A stretch of DNA of 64,000 bases from a virus. Its lineage: Duplodnaviria > Caudoviricetes. The notes beneath the pieces were generated by a model. It was given only the letters and a program-made list of their open reading frames with translations. It was not told the DNA's origin and did no database searches. Made by a program: the position numbers and the translations under genes. Positions 31,801 to 41,876 of this stretch are shown piece by piece (position 1 is the first letter of the stretch; the number at the start of each line of letters is the position of its first letter). Location: positions 32,001 through 96,000 of the IMG/VR virus record IMGVR_UViG_3300011977_000007. One strand, given 5' to 3'.

Positions 31801-32527
31801 AACTATAGATGTGACTCTTACTAAAAAGAATATTAAGAATTGGATGTATAGTTTTGTTAAACAAGGATCTAATTTAATAGAAATTACATCTGATACTAAA
31901 GATAAATTTATTGGAAAAACTGTTAAAATGAGATATTTCTCATTATGTGAATCTAAAAATGGAATATGCGAAAAATGTGCCGGAACCTTATTTAATCGTT
32001 TGGGAATTTCCAATGTAGGATTAGCAAGTGATATATTTGGTTCTAGACTAAAGAATACTTCGATAAACTCTTGTCGCTTCATACTGGTAACAGTGTGTAG
32101 AAAATATCTTCTAATTGCTGGAACATGCTAAAGCTCTAATGCCTTAATGGAGAAGAAATTCAGAAATAAGTTTAGAGATGACTCATGGTGAAATAAAAGC
32201 TTATATATCTAATATATAGGTCCTAAAAGTTATTAAAAATGTATAATCAGCAGCGAAGCCTAATAATAATTATTAGGAACGTTCAACGACTATCCCGTTT
32301 GGTGGTGAAATTCCACAATAGGAGTACGGCCTATATGGTGGGTGAGAATCCCTTAAATGGAAATGGAGATATGTCCTCGTATACCTATACGGGGATAGTG
32401 ATATAGTCTATTATCTAGAGAAATACTAGGTCTATACTAGCGTAAAACGTTAGCTGAGAGGAAGAGTTTCCATGTGGCTCAAATTAAATTTTCAGATATG
32501 GATATAGAAGATGCATTTAATTTATAA
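28893..32527 (+). CDS. Phage multisubunit RNA polymerase beta' C-terminal subunit; join(28893..29545,31549..32064,32461..32527), 411 aa
   Basis: Spliced protein has SGARSSWGNNFKN, bridge-helix-like SRAVKTKEGGY, DCGT, C..KNGICEKCAG and trigger-loop-like SMKSFH. Confidence 0.85.
30026..30037 (+). promoter_or_regulatory. Late promoter inside the intron, upstream of tnpB
   Basis: AACA-CTTCAT-TA, about 30 nt before the tnpB start. Confidence 0.7.
30065..31315 (+). CDS. tnpB: TnpB-family RNA-guided endonuclease
   Basis: KYKIYPTEEQK helix-turn-helix, PKFKSKK, RuvC GIDLG / VMET / DRDLNAA, CSNC...CPIC zinc finger; GTG start after AAGGTGG (ORF track start 30053). Confidence 0.92.
   Translation: MSKINNNKQYYKGHKYKIYPTEEQKQKLDKFINLYRYVYNWALAKEQEIYESYKNGESEKSFYTFFDLSKIFVQYRNSPENKWLLELPNGTACNAINELVTAYTRFFNNISGYPKFKSKKNSKKSFTTRNDRFYIDKNTVKIEGLDLNDRIQLGFDSEYNKDSVHHNTVISKDTIGDYYVSFCTIEEKIEIDNSDGGVIGIDLGVRNTLTTSVPIEGEYFHHQPFNKISKLKRNISKLQVKVSHDQLRRLNEAKRTKTKYEDIPKSKREIKREKIINKKYIKIHNIKNTYYDTIIKRIMDTKPKAVVMETFEYNKIIHSQKYMTKYMVDTSFYDITQKTKYQCNKRNIPFIQAPVQYASSQICSNCGNRIKIGNKKIYRCPICGNTLDRDLNAAYNLEDFYYDYTGTNRLVAVSIA
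31316..31548 (+). ncRNA. Putative TnpB omega-RNA scaffold
   Basis: Structured non-coding region between the tnpB stop and the intron 3' end, the expected position for omega-RNA; boundaries inferred. Confidence 0.5.
32065..32460 (+). mobile_element. Group I intron, ORF-less, 396 nt
   Basis: Exon ends ...CGAU, P1 CGAU/GUCG with U.G pair; AAACUCUU pairs with the 3' exon AAGAGUUU (P10); ends in G; splicing gives AT|G in SMKSFH. Confidence 0.92.
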
Positions 32528-32565
32528 ATTAATGTCTAATACTACATTTATGTAATTATAAATAA

Positions 32566-32973
32566 ATGGAGGATAATTCTATGGTAAAATCTTATATTAA
32601 TCTAGCGGAAGAAGTTGGTAATAAAATGATTATGAATCCGACCATTAAAGTACAATATACATACCAAATTGGTGACTACGCATATGGTAGAATAGATGTG
32701 TTTTATCCTGGCATATGGTATGGTACATTATGGGCAGTTGAATATATGGTCGATACTAATAAAGTTATAAATGAACGATGTTATGGTGGAGCTATGATTT
32801 ATACAACAGAGCAAGATAAATATCCAAAGATTCCACATGAAATTATTATAGATTATTTTAATAATTTTATGAAGAATCCTGAATCTTCTTTACAAGATAC
32901 TGAATCTATTGATCTTGAAAAAGAATTATCTATCAGAAATATGCCGATTAGTGTATTATCTGAAGAAAAATAA
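32566..32973 (+). CDS. Hypothetical protein
   Basis: ORF track; alternative start at 32581 after GGAGG. Confidence 0.6.
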   Translation: MEDNSMVKSYINLAEEVGNKMIMNPTIKVQYTYQIGDYAYGRIDVFYPGIWYGTLWAVEYMVDTNKVINERCYGGAMIYTTEQDKYPKIPHEIIIDYFNNFMKNPESSLQDTESIDLEKELSIRNMPISVLSEEK

Positions 32974-33108
32974 AAAATGAATACTCAGCTATTTCATCAA
33001 ACTATGTTATTAGAAATTTTATTAGAGAGTGGTTAATTCCACTCTCTTAAATTTTATAATTCTTAGGACAAGTAATTAAATTAATATTAAGGAGGTACTA
33101 TAAACACT

Positions 33109-36100
33109 ATGTATGTAATTAAACGTAATGGAAAGCAAGCAGTTTTTGATAAAACAAAAATTGTAGTGGCAGTCTCAAAAGCCAATAAAGAAGTATTAGA
33201 AAATAAATTATCTGATGATCAGATTAATAATATTGCAGATACTATAGAATCAAGAGCAAAACAATTTTCTAGAGCCTTAAATATAGAAGAAATTCAAGAC
33301 ATGGTAGAAAATCTAATCATGTATTATAATAAGTATGAGGTTGCCAAAGCATACGTATTATATAGATATAAGCAGAAAGAAAATAGAGATAATGGCAATT
33401 TATTTAATAAAGTAAATGCAATTGTAAATAATGAGGATGAGGAAACTAAACAGGAAAACTCAAATAAAGATTCGGATATTATATCTGTGCAAAGAGATTA
33501 TATTGCCGGTGAAGTATCAAAGGCAATGGTTAGACAAGAGAAATATCCTAAATACATTATGGATGCTCATGATGCTGGATTAATTCATGTTCATGATTGT
33601 GATTATAAAATTTGTAAAGAAACTAATTGCTGCTTGGATAATGTTGATGATATGCTTCAAAATAGTACGGTTATTAGTAAAACAAAAATTGATACTCCAC
33701 ATACATTCCCTACAGCGTGCAATATTGCAACCCAAGCAATGGCACAAGTTGCATCTTCGCAATATGGCGGCCAATCTGTATCTCTTTACCATTTAGTAAA
33801 ATTTGTTGAGGTTAGTCGTCGTGCTATTATTAAAGCTGTTGAAGAAGATCATGTACCAGATGAGTATAAACAAGAAGCTATAAATAGAAGACTAAGAAAA
33901 GAAATTAGTAGTGGCATACAGACTATTCAATATCAGATTATTACGCTTGCAACTACTAATGGTCAAGCTCCATTTGTTACTTTATTTATGTATCTTAATG
34001 AAGCAGAAACAGAGCAAGAAAAAGAAGACCTTGCAATGGTAATTGAAGAGGTATTAAAGCAAAGAATCAAGGGTGTTAAGAATAAAAAAGGCGTTTGGGT
34101 AACTCCTGCTTTTCCTAAACTTATATATGTATTAGAGGATGATAATATAACAAAAGATTCTAAATATTTTTATCTTACAGAATTAGCAGCAAAATGTACT
34201 GCAAAGAGAATGGTTCCAGATTATATTTCTGAGAAGAAATTAATAGAATTAAAGTATCCTACAGAAAAACTCTTACATATTAAGGATCGTAGAGATCAGT
34301 GGGGTGATGAGCGTATTTGGGGGAGAAACGTATTTAAAAATGTCACTGATGAGGAATGCAATAAGCTTCAAAATATAGTTGATAATAGATTTAATAAGGA
34401 ATATATTATTCCGGATGAAACTAAAGCTATTATCAAGAAATATGGATTAAAAATGGCTGATATTGTGCCTAAAGCATACCCATGCATAAACAAAACCTGT
34501 GCCTAATATTAGTGATAATATTAGCAAACCTGTCTAAAAGGAGAAAGTCTTAATATACTGACCTGATATTAAGATAACTTACCTTACTAAATTTATATAC
34601 CTATATTATTAGCGCATATATGAAATAATGAAAGGATAAATAATATGTGGGCTGATCTTATAGGATAAGAAAATATATAGATATATAATAAAAGTCTAAC
34701 GACTATCGAAAACGCTGGTATTCGAGAAATACGATATCGGGAAGTGAGTAGAGTAGAGCCATATATTATGATAGAACCATTTATATGGTAGGGTGATGGG
34801 TAGAGTAAACCCCTTTAAATCGAAAAGATAGGATGTCTTATTTTGGTAAAAGAAATAAGCATGTGATATAGTCTAGTTCAGCGATATAATACTCATTTAA
34901 CGTTCTATGTTTAAGTATTATAGCGGCTGGGGGTGTAGGTCCTTCTTAACTCCTGATTACATCCATTATAAAACTTATGGAAGGTTTAATCAGTCAGTAT
35001 GTACTATTAATTTAGTTGATGTAGCATTATCATCACAAAAAAATATTGATGAATTTTGGAAGATATTTGATGAACGATTAGATTTATGCTATGAAGCATT
35101 AATGATTGATCATAATTATCTTATGAAAACACCATCTGATATAGCGCCAATGCAATGGCAAGATGGAAATTTAGCTAGATTGGAAAAGGGGGAAACTATT
35201 GATAAATTATTAGTAAATAATTACAGTACAATTTCCTTAGGATATGCTGGATTATCTGAATGTGTTAGATATATGACAGGTAAATCCCATACAAATTCAG
35301 AAGCTAAGCCATTTGCATTATCCATAATGAGGCATTTAAATGATAAATGCGATGAATGGAGGGAAAAAACAAATGTATCATTTAGTCTTTATGGTACGCC
35401 TATAGAATCGACAACATATACATTTGCTAAAAATCTTCAAAAGAGATTTGGTATCATTAAAGATATAACTGATCGTAATTATATTACTAATAGCTATCAT
35501 ATTCCTGTATTTGAAAAGATTGATGCTTTCAGTAAATTAAAATTTGAATCTGAGTTTCAGGAATTATCTCCAGGTGGTTAAATGAACTTTTACATAGCCT
35601 TAAATAGCCACCTTGAAATTATGTGAACGCTTGATATGCGGTGTAAATAGTTTTATATTATTTGCTAACGGGGGACACTTAAGTGGAAATCCCGTGCCAA
35701 GCCTATAATATTTTATTATAGGAAGGTGTACAGACTAATTTACCCTGGATTTGATCACCAGTGGGAAGTGCATAGGGTGAGAAGCAGAGGTTACCTGCTA
35801 CGCTAAGATATAGTCGGAAGGAGATAAAATTATGTATAAATGTGATATTTGTGGAAGAGAGCTAAAAAAGAAAAATATGCTACATGGATATAATTTATGC
35901 AGTAAACATATGCATCAATTATTAAATCATGGAAAATTTTTAGATAACAATCCAAGAACACAAAATGACTTAAATGGATATAAAATTATTGGTAAAATTG
36001 TAATTTTTGATTTATATGATGGAATATTATCAAATAAAATTAGTGAGTTTATTATTGATTTTGATGATATAGAAATTGTAAAATATCATAAATGGAGACT

Positions 36101-36898
36101 TTCTCATAATCATGTAGTTACTGGATCTGGAGCATTAGGCACACAACGAGAATTAAGTTGGGTTATTATGCATCTTGATAATAGAGATGAGAAAAATAAA
36201 AATATTGTAATCGACTATGTAGATGGAAATCCGTTAAATAATAGAAAATCAAATCTTAGAATATGCACTCAAGCTCAAAATGTAATAAATAAGAAATTTA
36301 TGAGTACTAATACTAATGGATTTATAGGGGTTAGTTATAAGAAAGATAGAAATTGTTATGATCCAGAGATAAGATTAGGATATGTAAGATGCCATTTAGG
36401 TCAGGTAAAATCTATGGAAGAAGCTGTATATAAAAGAATGATAGCTGAAGAGTTAGTTTTTGGAGAATTTTGCAATGAAGCAGAACATAATAAAAAATTA
36501 GAATTTACTAAAAATATTCCATATGAAAGAAAAAAAGAGCTCGAAGAAATCACAAAACAAAAATTGATAGCTAAAGGCCTTTGGCAATAAGCTATGTAGA
36601 AGTTCCAAATATGCAAAATAATATAGAAGCTGTAATATCAGTTATTCAATTTATATATGATAATATTATATATGCTGAACTTAACACTAAGTCTGATTAC
36701 TGTGAAGTATGTGGATATGATGGTGAGATTAAAATTGTTGAAGATGATAATGGTAAACTTGTATGGGAATGCCCTAAGTGCCATAATAGAGATCAGCATA
36801 AAATGTGCATTGCGCGAAGAACATGCGGTTATATAGGTACACATTATTGGAATCAAGGTAGAACTCAGGAAATAAAAGATAGAGTTCTTCATTTATAA
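33109..36898 (+). CDS. nrdD: Anaerobic (class III) ribonucleotide reductase; join(33109..34487,34930..35578,36584..36898), 780 aa
   Basis: ATP-cone MYVIKRNG; QYGGQS; spliced YPCMGCRSFL and LSPGGAISYVE; YGTPIES; glycyl-radical RRTCGYIG. Confidence 0.95.
34488..34929 (+). mobile_element. Group I intron, ORF-less, 442 nt
   Basis: P1 GCAU/GUGC with U.G pair; CTAACGACTATC and GATATAGTC core; terminal G; restores CMGCRS. Confidence 0.92.
35579..36583 (+). mobile_element. Group I intron with HNH endonuclease ORF, 1005 nt
   Basis: P1 GGUGGU/GCCACC; ACAGACTAA and GATATAGTC core; terminal G; restores PGG|AISY. Confidence 0.92.
35832..36590 (+). CDS. Intron-encoded HNH-AP2 homing endonuclease (possibly inactive)
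   Basis: IDYVDGNPLNNRKSNLRICT..QN followed by an AP2-like GFIGVSY...HLG...EEAV..R..AE domain; N-terminal Cys/His cluster. Confidence 0.85.
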   Translation: MYKCDICGRELKKKNMLHGYNLCSKHMHQLLNHGKFLDNNPRTQNDLNGYKIIGKIVIFDLYDGILSNKISEFIIDFDDIEIVKYHKWRLSHNHVVTGSGALGTQRELSWVIMHLDNRDEKNKNIVIDYVDGNPLNNRKSNLRICTQAQNVINKKFMSTNTNGFIGVSYKKDRNCYDPEIRLGYVRCHLGQVKSMEEAVYKRMIAEELVFGEFCNEAEHNKKLEFTKNIPYERKKELEEITKQKLIAKGLWQ

Positions 36899-36919
36899 AA
36901 ATCTAATGGAGTGATTAAT

Positions 36920-37462
36920 ATGAATTATGCTACAATAAAATATTGTGATATTGCAAATGGGGAGGGAGTTAGAACCTCCCTATTTGTATCTGGTTGTCCA
37001 CACCATTGTACTGGTTGCTTTAATGAAATAGCTTGGGACTATAATTATGGCGATACATATGATGATGAAATTCAGGATAAAATACTAGATTCTTTAAATT
37101 ATCCTTATATTACTGGATTATCCATATTAGGTGGTGAACCCTTATGCTTTAATAATATTTATAGAGTTAGTAAATTAATTAAAGAATGTAGAAAAAGATA
37201 TGGTGATTCGAAAGATATATGGATTTACAGTGGATATACTTTAGAAGAATTAAAGGATCAATATGAAAAAGGGCAGAGTATATTTTTTAGAATATGCTAT
37301 AATATTATTATTAATAATATAGATGTTTTAGTGGATGGAAGATTTGTTGAAGATTTGAAAGATATATCTCTTAAATTCAGAGGATCATCTAACCAAAGAA
37401 TTATTAATATGAAAGAAACAATAAAGAGCAATAATATTAAATTATATTACACGGAGGATTAA
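36920..37462 (+). CDS. nrdG: Anaerobic RNR activating enzyme
   Basis: NGEGVRTSLFVSGCPHHCTGCFN radical SAM motif, LGGEP, FRGSSNQR; follows nrdD. Confidence 0.95.
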   Translation: MNYATIKYCDIANGEGVRTSLFVSGCPHHCTGCFNEIAWDYNYGDTYDDEIQDKILDSLNYPYITGLSILGGEPLCFNNIYRVSKLIKECRKRYGDSKDIWIYSGYTLEELKDQYEKGQSIFFRICYNIIINNIDVLVDGRFVEDLKDISLKFRGSSNQRIINMKETIKSNNIKLYYTED

Positions 37463-37483
37463 GATATGGAGGAGGATTGAAAT

Positions 37484-37798
37484 ATGAAATATCCAGTTAT
37501 TACATTATGTGGCAGCACTAGATTTAAAGATGAATTTATGCAGGCTCAGAAAGAACTTACTTTAAAAGGAAATATTGTAATTTCTGTTGGATTATTTGGG
37601 CATTCTGGCGATAATGAAGTATTTACTAATAAAGAAACTAAAATTATGCTCGATGATATGCATAAAAGAAAAATAGATATGGCTGATAGTATATTTATTA
37701 TTAATAAAAATGGATATATTGGCGATAGCACCAAATCAGAAATAGAATATGCAATTAAGCATAATAAGAAAGTTTTATATTTAGAGCCTGTAGATTAA
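37484..37798 (+). CDS. Nucleoside deoxyribosyltransferase-like (DUF4406-related) protein
   Basis: ITLCGSTRFK...HKRKIDMAD...GYIGDSTKSEIEYA. Confidence 0.6.
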   Translation: MKYPVITLCGSTRFKDEFMQAQKELTLKGNIVISVGLFGHSGDNEVFTNKETKIMLDDMHKRKIDMADSIFIINKNGYIGDSTKSEIEYAIKHNKKVLYLEPVD

Positions 37799-37898
37799 AT
37801 ATGTGCTGAGAGGGTGATACCTCTCAGCATACTTTTATGAATTTCTAAATATTGAAATTTATAATTGTATATTATAATTGTGGAGGTGAAAGATAAAT

Positions 37899-38219
37899 AT
37901 GAAGACTGTTAAATCGGCAATAAAAAATACAGATACATTTACCGGTGAGACTAAACTAAAAGATTCAATTGAATATGATAAGAATGGCAATATCGTACGT
38001 AATTTATGTGATGGGATAGAGACAAAAAATACATACGATAAATATGGAAACCTTATCAGAATGGAGCAGTCTAATGGATACTGGGCCATATTTAAATACT
38101 ATAAAAATGGCTATTTGGAATTTTATAATAATTCCGATGGATATGCGGAAGCATATTTACCTGACGGGAAACGTGCATGGATCAATAAGAAAGGAAGGAA
38201 TACTGATGAAAAAAATTGA
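37899..38219 (+). CDS. YD-repeat-like small protein
   Basis: YDKNGN / YDKYGN / YYKNGY repeats; early promoter at 37859. Confidence 0.55.
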   Translation: MKTVKSAIKNTDTFTGETKLKDSIEYDKNGNIVRNLCDGIETKNTYDKYGNLIRMEQSNGYWAIFKYYKNGYLEFYNNSDGYAEAYLPDGKRAWINKKGRNTDEKN

Positions 38220-39285
38220 GAATTATACAACAGAAATGGTACTGGAAGCTGTGAAGAAATATATTGAGGATAATAATATCACTGATGATGATATGAAACA
38301 AACTTTATATCTCATCGGGCTGGATAAGTTCTTAGAAGCTAGGAATAATGGATATAAGTATTCATTTTCCTACTATGTTGCTCATAATAAGGGAGTAGAG
38401 AAAATCATAAAAGAGTATGTTAATGAAGAAGAAATTGATATGCTTGATCTCGATAATGTGTACTATATACAGAGAATCCCAATGAGCAATGCAAGCGATA
38501 TTATCTTGCAGTGTATTCACGATTGCCTTAACGCTAGAGAGATTAATGTCTTATATAAAAGGTTTGTAGAGTTAAAAACCTTGGAAACAACCGGCAAAGA
38601 GTTTGGTGTAACAAGAGACCGTATACGTCAAATAGAAGCTAGAGCTTTAAGAAAAATAAGATTTAATTCATTTTATAGAGCTCAGCTTGCCGATATGCTC
38701 AATAGCAACTGCATTAATTACCCAGATTTTATAAACAAATTTGGGGCTATGATTAATGGAACATATCAACCTGATTATAAGAAGCCATCGCCACAGCAAG
38801 ATAACAATATGTCAAAGCCAAGAGAAAAAATGGTATTCTATACAGGCCAGGAAATCAAAGCGATGAAAGAAGCTGCGGCAAGAAAGAAAGCTGAACAGGA
38901 AAGATTGAAGATTATAGATGAAATAATAGCTCCAATTGATATTAATGATGCTTATTACTTTTATTATAATTCAAAGCTTACTGGTCTTGACATGATTACT
39001 GAGGCTATCGAGAGATTTAATGTTACTAATTGTATTGCAGGATATGTTCCTACAATAGAATATTTAGGAACAACTACTAAAGGTGAGAAGACATTCACGC
39101 TTAAGTGCAAGGGTAAGCATTATAAAATTTATTTACGTGAAGAAGTTGATACATTTGTCCTTGAAGGTGATAGAAATCTTGTATACGATTATAAACGTGT
39201 ATATGGATTGAAACACAATGTTAATGTGATAGCGAATTATATCGCTGATCATTATGATGAGTTTGGAGGTAACGAAAATGAATAA
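38206..39285 (+). CDS. Sigma-70 region 4 domain-containing protein
   Basis: [11 protein letters not shown]...[26 protein letters not shown]; ATG at 38206 after AGGAAGG. Confidence 0.75.
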   Translation: MKKIENYTTEMVLEAVKKYIEDNNITDDDMKQTLYLIGLDKFLEARNNGYKYSFSYYVAHNKGVEKIIKEYVNEEEIDMLDLDNVYYIQRIPMSNASDIILQCIHDCLNAREINVLYKRFVELKTLETTGKEFGVTRDRIRQIEARALRKIRFNSFYRAQLADMLNSNCINYPDFINKFGAMINGTYQPDYKKPSPQQDNNMSKPREKMVFYTGQEIKAMKEAAARKKAEQERLKIIDEIIAPIDINDAYYFYYNSKLTGLDMITEAIERFNVTNCIAGYVPTIEYLGTTTKGEKTFTLKCKGKHYKIYLREEVDTFVLEGDRNLVYDYKRVYGLKHNVNVIANYIADHYDEFGGNENE

Positions 39286-39913
39286 AGTATGTGTATTAAC
39301 ACCGATTGATGGCGGCGAAGATTTATACAATAAAATAAAGGATGCTTGCAACAAATTAATAAATGCTGGTAAAGACGTAGAATGGAACTCATATATCGTG
39401 ATGCATTTGGCGGTTCCAGAATTGTTACCGTTTACGTTTCAGCAAAAGCTGTATATTGAGTTATTATCCGGTATAGATATTGTATACTTAATGGCTGGAT
39501 GGGAGGATGTACCAACTAATAAGCTGATATATAAAGCTGCAAAACAACTTGGTATCGAGATAGTAAGTTTGCAGGAAAAGTGTAGCAATATCAATGCACA
39601 GGATACTATTTTTATTAGTGGTCCTATTAGCAATGTACCTAATTATCGTGAGAATTTTAAAAGAGCACAAAAGTATCTTAAATCCCTTGGATACAAAAAC
39701 ATAATCAATCCAGCAAAAATAGTAAAATTGATACCGGACTCTATTAGTTATGATAATGCTCTTGATATTGATTTGCATTTTCTCTCATTATGTAATAAAA
39801 TATATGTACTTAATAATTGGGAGAAATCTACCGGCTCTAGCACGGAGGTTAGATATGCTGAAAAGCATGGTATTGAAATAATCTTTGAAGATTATAAACC
39901 AATTGAGGTTTAA
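39278..39913 (+). CDS. Tandem DUF4406-like protein
   Basis: IFISGPIS...INPA...[11 protein letters not shown], plus a degenerate N-terminal copy (YLMAGWE). Confidence 0.7.
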   Translation: MNKVCVLTPIDGGEDLYNKIKDACNKLINAGKDVEWNSYIVMHLAVPELLPFTFQQKLYIELLSGIDIVYLMAGWEDVPTNKLIYKAAKQLGIEIVSLQEKCSNINAQDTIFISGPISNVPNYRENFKRAQKYLKSLGYKNIINPAKIVKLIPDSISYDNALDIDLHFLSLCNKIYVLNNWEKSTGSSTEVRYAEKHGIEIIFEDYKPIEV

Positions 39914-39950
39914 TAAAGTGGAGGGGTAATTCCCTCCACTTTTATTTTTT
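39913..39950 (+). terminator. Intrinsic terminator
   Basis: ATAAAGTGGAGGG...CCCTCCACTTTATTTTTT. Confidence 0.75.
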
Positions 39951-40162
39951 ACTTAATATTATTTATAATTATGAAATAAACATATTTAAAGGATGAAATT
40001 AATATGAGCAGCATTATTGTACGGAACGGTGAATTGGGAATGATTGTAGAGGATCATGTAGATTCAAAAAAGAAAAGATTTTTACCATGTGGTCATGGTG
40101 CATATAACATGTCAAATTTGGAAGAAAATGATGATATTAAATGAGCAACGCCGGATGAAAAA

Positions 40163-40378
40163 ATGGATTTTATTAAACGAGAATATCATAATAAAGATAG
40201 AATTATAAATACGTATGAAGTTGGTGATTATCAAATCATCGAATATACTACATGTAATCCTCATGGGAAGTTAGTATATCGCCCATATATTGATTATAGT
40301 GATATTCATAGAATATATAACTCATTAGATGCAGCCTTGCTTGGGGTTATGGCATATAAATATGAAGGTTGCAATTAG
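40163..40378 (+). CDS. Hypothetical protein (possibly C-terminally frameshifted)
   Basis: ORF track; a plausible continuation ADEYICKLLGIKW lies in another frame after the TAG. Confidence 0.45.
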   Translation: MDFIKREYHNKDRIINTYEVGDYQIIEYTTCNPHGKLVYRPYIDYSDIHRIYNSLDAALLGVMAYKYEGCN

Positions 40379-40453
40379 CAGATGAATATATATGCAAATT
40401 ACTTGGTATTAAATGGTAAAAAATATAGGTAGGGATTTACTCCCTACCTAAAA

Positions 40454-40894
40454 TTAATTTTTTGGTCGTTCTTCACTATTTACATTAAATTCCAATACGT
40501 AATTCATAACCGCCATATATACACGTTTACCAATTAGGTCGCCAATATGGTCTGAATTACATATAAATTCAAGTTTCTTCATTAAGAGTACTGGTAAACG
40601 TTCAGTAATTTCATTTACTATATATTCACGCATCTCAGCTTCTATATTATTAGTGATATAGTATATGTTTTTAGGCTTTAACTCAAATATAACATATTCT
40701 TCAATTACATCTTTAATTAGCATATCTAAATTTTCAATAATAGTATTATCAATTTGCGTATCTTTAATTAACTTATCTGACTCTATTTTATTTTTTTGGT
40801 ATGCAATATCTAATGCCCTAGATATACTTCTCCATGCTAATAAAATAACCAAATAAATTGCAATGATAATAGAAATAATAATAAATTTGTCCAT
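40454..40894 (-). CDS. Hypothetical membrane-anchored protein
   Basis: N-terminal TM segment FIIISIIIAIYLVILLAW; GGAGGG RBS. Confidence 0.7.
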   Translation of the reverse strand: MDKFIIISIIIAIYLVILLAWRSISRALDIAYQKNKIESDKLIKDTQIDNTIIENLDMLIKDVIEEYVIFELKPKNIYYITNNIEAEMREYIVNEITERLPVLLMKKLEFICNSDHIGDLIGKRVYMAVMNYVLEFNVNSEERPKN

Positions 40895-40939
40895 AATAGT
40901 CCCTCCATAATATAATATATTAATATTATGTGTAGCTAA

Positions 40940-41569
40940 TTAATAATTATTATTATACATTTGCCATGATAATATTTGATCTCTAGCTTTAACTTCACTA
41001 GGACTAAATGATCCATTATATTGTTCTTCTTGCTTTAATTGTAATAATAATTTAAAACTAATATCGAGAGTCATACCATCTATGTATTTACTTATAAAAT
41101 CAAATGGGAATCCAAAGCATTGTCTGATACTTATAAACTCTGATGGATCAGAATGATATTTTTGATGCTCAGTTTCATCTAAGATAATAATACATACTTG
41201 GTTATTTCTATGAGCCTCTTCTAGTTCTTGTAATACTTCAAATGTAGTAACGCATCCTTTATAATTTAGTATATGCTCGGTTATCATAATTGTCATATAT
41301 TCAAGACTAATCATATTATGATGCGCCTCTAGATTAACCATTTCGCTTGTAATTGAAGCATGTCTTTGATCTCTGTATAATCCTAAATCATAAAGATGCT
41401 GCTTATAATCCCTCCAAAATTGAGATCTTCTAAATTTATTATCAATATTATATATAAATCTTTTATATATCTCGGTATCCATTAATGTATCTCTGGTTTG
41501 TGCAAAGCATATGCCAAATTCATTACTTGGATCATAAATAATTGGATTATTATTCATTGTGATATCCAT
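40940..41569 (-). CDS. Hypothetical protein
   Basis: GGAGG RBS, late promoter motif at 41604..41593. Confidence 0.7.
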   Translation of the reverse strand: MDITMNNNPIIYDPSNEFGICFAQTRDTLMDTEIYKRFIYNIDNKFRRSQFWRDYKQHLYDLGLYRDQRHASITSEMVNLEAHHNMISLEYMTIMITEHILNYKGCVTTFEVLQELEEAHRNNQVCIIILDETEHQKYHSDPSEFISIRQCFGFPFDFISKYIDGMTLDISFKLLLQLKQEEQYNGSFSPSEVKARDQILSWQMYNNNY

Positions 41570-41654
41570 ATTAATACCTCCATTAACATTATTAATGTAA
41601 TGTTTTAGACTAAAGAGAGAATGATTATTTGGAAATTATAAGGGGGAATTTTTA

Positions 41655-41822
41655 ATGGTTACAGCATTAGAAAAGGATAAGGATGGTAATGTGATATACG
41701 AAGCACATGATGACGGATTCTATGAAATAAGTACATATGAGCAAGGACAATTAGTAAGACAAGAAACACATTATTCAAATGGTATAGTTGATGTAGATCA
41801 TTATAACATAAGTAGAGGTTAA
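41655..41822 (+). CDS. Small hypothetical protein (55 aa, not in ORF track)
   Basis: AAGGGGG RBS, MVTALEKDKDGNVIYE...SRG*. Confidence 0.5.
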   Translation: MVTALEKDKDGNVIYEAHDDGFYEISTYEQGQLVRQETHYSNGIVDVDHYNISRG

Positions 41823-41876
41823 TTCCTCTACTTATTTTTTTTGCTTTTGCACATAGTATTAATTTAAAGAAGGAGG

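Noticed and set aside
28893-36898. RNAP and nrdD fragments as pseudogenes or intein-split genes
   Set aside because: Intervening sequences contain stops and group I structure, lack intein termini, and splice to intact frames.
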